This document shows positions 62,991 to 64,000 of a stretch of DNA of 64,000 nt, piece after piece. Numbering within the stretch: the first letter of the stretch is position 1; each line of letters begins with the position of its first letter. Origin of the DNA: Vicugna vicugna (taxonomy: Eukaryota); assembly GCA_013265495.1 (NCBI GenBank), contig MU061579.1, positions 2,849,319 through 2,913,318 of the forward strand, in the 5' to 3' direction. The position numbers were made by a program, and so were the translations under genes. Below the pieces are notes generated by a model that ran no database searches, was not told the origin of the DNA, and worked only from the letters and a program-made list of their open reading frames with translations.

Positions 62991-64000
62991 GATTTAATAC
63001 TTTGTAGTGTTTGCCTTTTCTTATAACTCAAAAATAGATTTTTTCATGAAAATTAGTGCAAAAAAATAAAATTTTCATGGTCTTATTTTATAAAGTTCAC
63101 CAGGAAAGTCTTATATTTTAACACATAGAGATATATAAAATATTTACATTATTAACTAACTTTGAAAGAAGCTGTTCAGAATATGGCTTATATGCAGGAC
63201 TTTTTTCCCACTTAATATACTACAGTCCAGAGGGAACCATCTCTGAACCATCTCCCATCAATATTTTAATTCCATTTTTTCATTGCAGATGTACCTTGAG
63301 ATTTGATGAAATAGCAAGAAACATTACACATATTTATGTTTCATTTGTTTCACTGTCATCATATTTGATATGCAACTGACAAGGGATAATGTCACTATGC
63401 AGAAATATACAACTTCATGTAATCATAATGGGATAGGAACAGAAAATATATGCTGCAATTTCTGTGCTATTTCTCCATTCGGCAATGACACCATCACTGA
63501 GATAAAATTCAAAGTGAATGCTATAACCAGACTGGAAGTTTTACAGTGCTTCCTGAAATAAATCTCACAAAATTTGGTATATGCAACACATACTATCACA
63601 TGTAAATTAGCATATGGGGAGGGTATGTAAATCACTGTTTTTGACATTTATTTCATGATGCTCAATAAAATCTTTCAACTCTGCTTATTGTTCTTTTTTA
63701 TTTTCTTCAAAAGAACAAATCTTTCTTAATTATAGGGAAAAGTTCACATTAAAAATACTGACACACTGGGGATTTATTTGAAGTGGTTTTAAAATAGTAT
63801 CCTAGCTTTCATTGGAATAATTTACGTCTCTATTTAAATAGTTTTAACTTTTTACTAATTATCACTTTTAATGCTCTTTGTTGTTTCAACATATAACACT
63901 GTATCATTTTAACTTTACTTCTATTACCCTCCATTCTAGACAAAATTCCATTTTAAGAAGAAATTCTTCTATGTTTTGTCCTTACAAAATTAATTATCTC

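Noticed and set aside
730..63647. The 60-126 aa ORFs of the six-frame track as protein-coding genes
   Set aside because: Many start at TTG/GTG, show AT-driven composition or overlap transposon fossils. None resembles a protein family I recognise, and their lengths fit chance in non-coding DNA.
1..64000. CRISPR array, prokaryotic or viral system, NUMT, intact L1/ERV coding region, CpG-island promoter
   Set aside because: I saw no repeat-spacer periodicity, long ORF, mitochondrial-like segment or extended CpG-rich region.

Overview
AT-rich (roughly one-third GC by eye), CpG-depleted mammalian genomic DNA with no recognisable protein-coding gene, RNA gene, CpG island or prokaryotic/viral system. 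It reads as a large intron or gene desert. Two tRNA-derived SINEs with the GGGGAGGGTATAGCT..TAATTA..CCCC structure, several cetartiodactyl-type L1 3' ends, and no visible Alu, Bov-A/Bov-B or PRE-1 point to a camelid genome (inference). Most explainable sequence is transposon fossil: MIR, L2, old and younger L1, MaLR (MLT1), ERVL (MLT2, LTR16), ERV1-type solo LTRs, hAT (MER58, MER3) and Tigger5/MER47, with several nested insertions and visible target-site duplications. Family names come from my recollection of consensus sequences, not from a search. The short ORFs in the track look like chance frames. The best second-look items are: a near-perfect 185-bp tandem duplication (15640-16008); an extended CTCF motif in a small CpG-retaining patch (25212-25244); a motif-dense candidate developmental enhancer (~56200-56600); a 210-nt candidate exon with good splice sites and an open frame (20616-20825); and two small perfect inverted repeats that may be template-switch scars. 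I found no evidence of a novel biological system.
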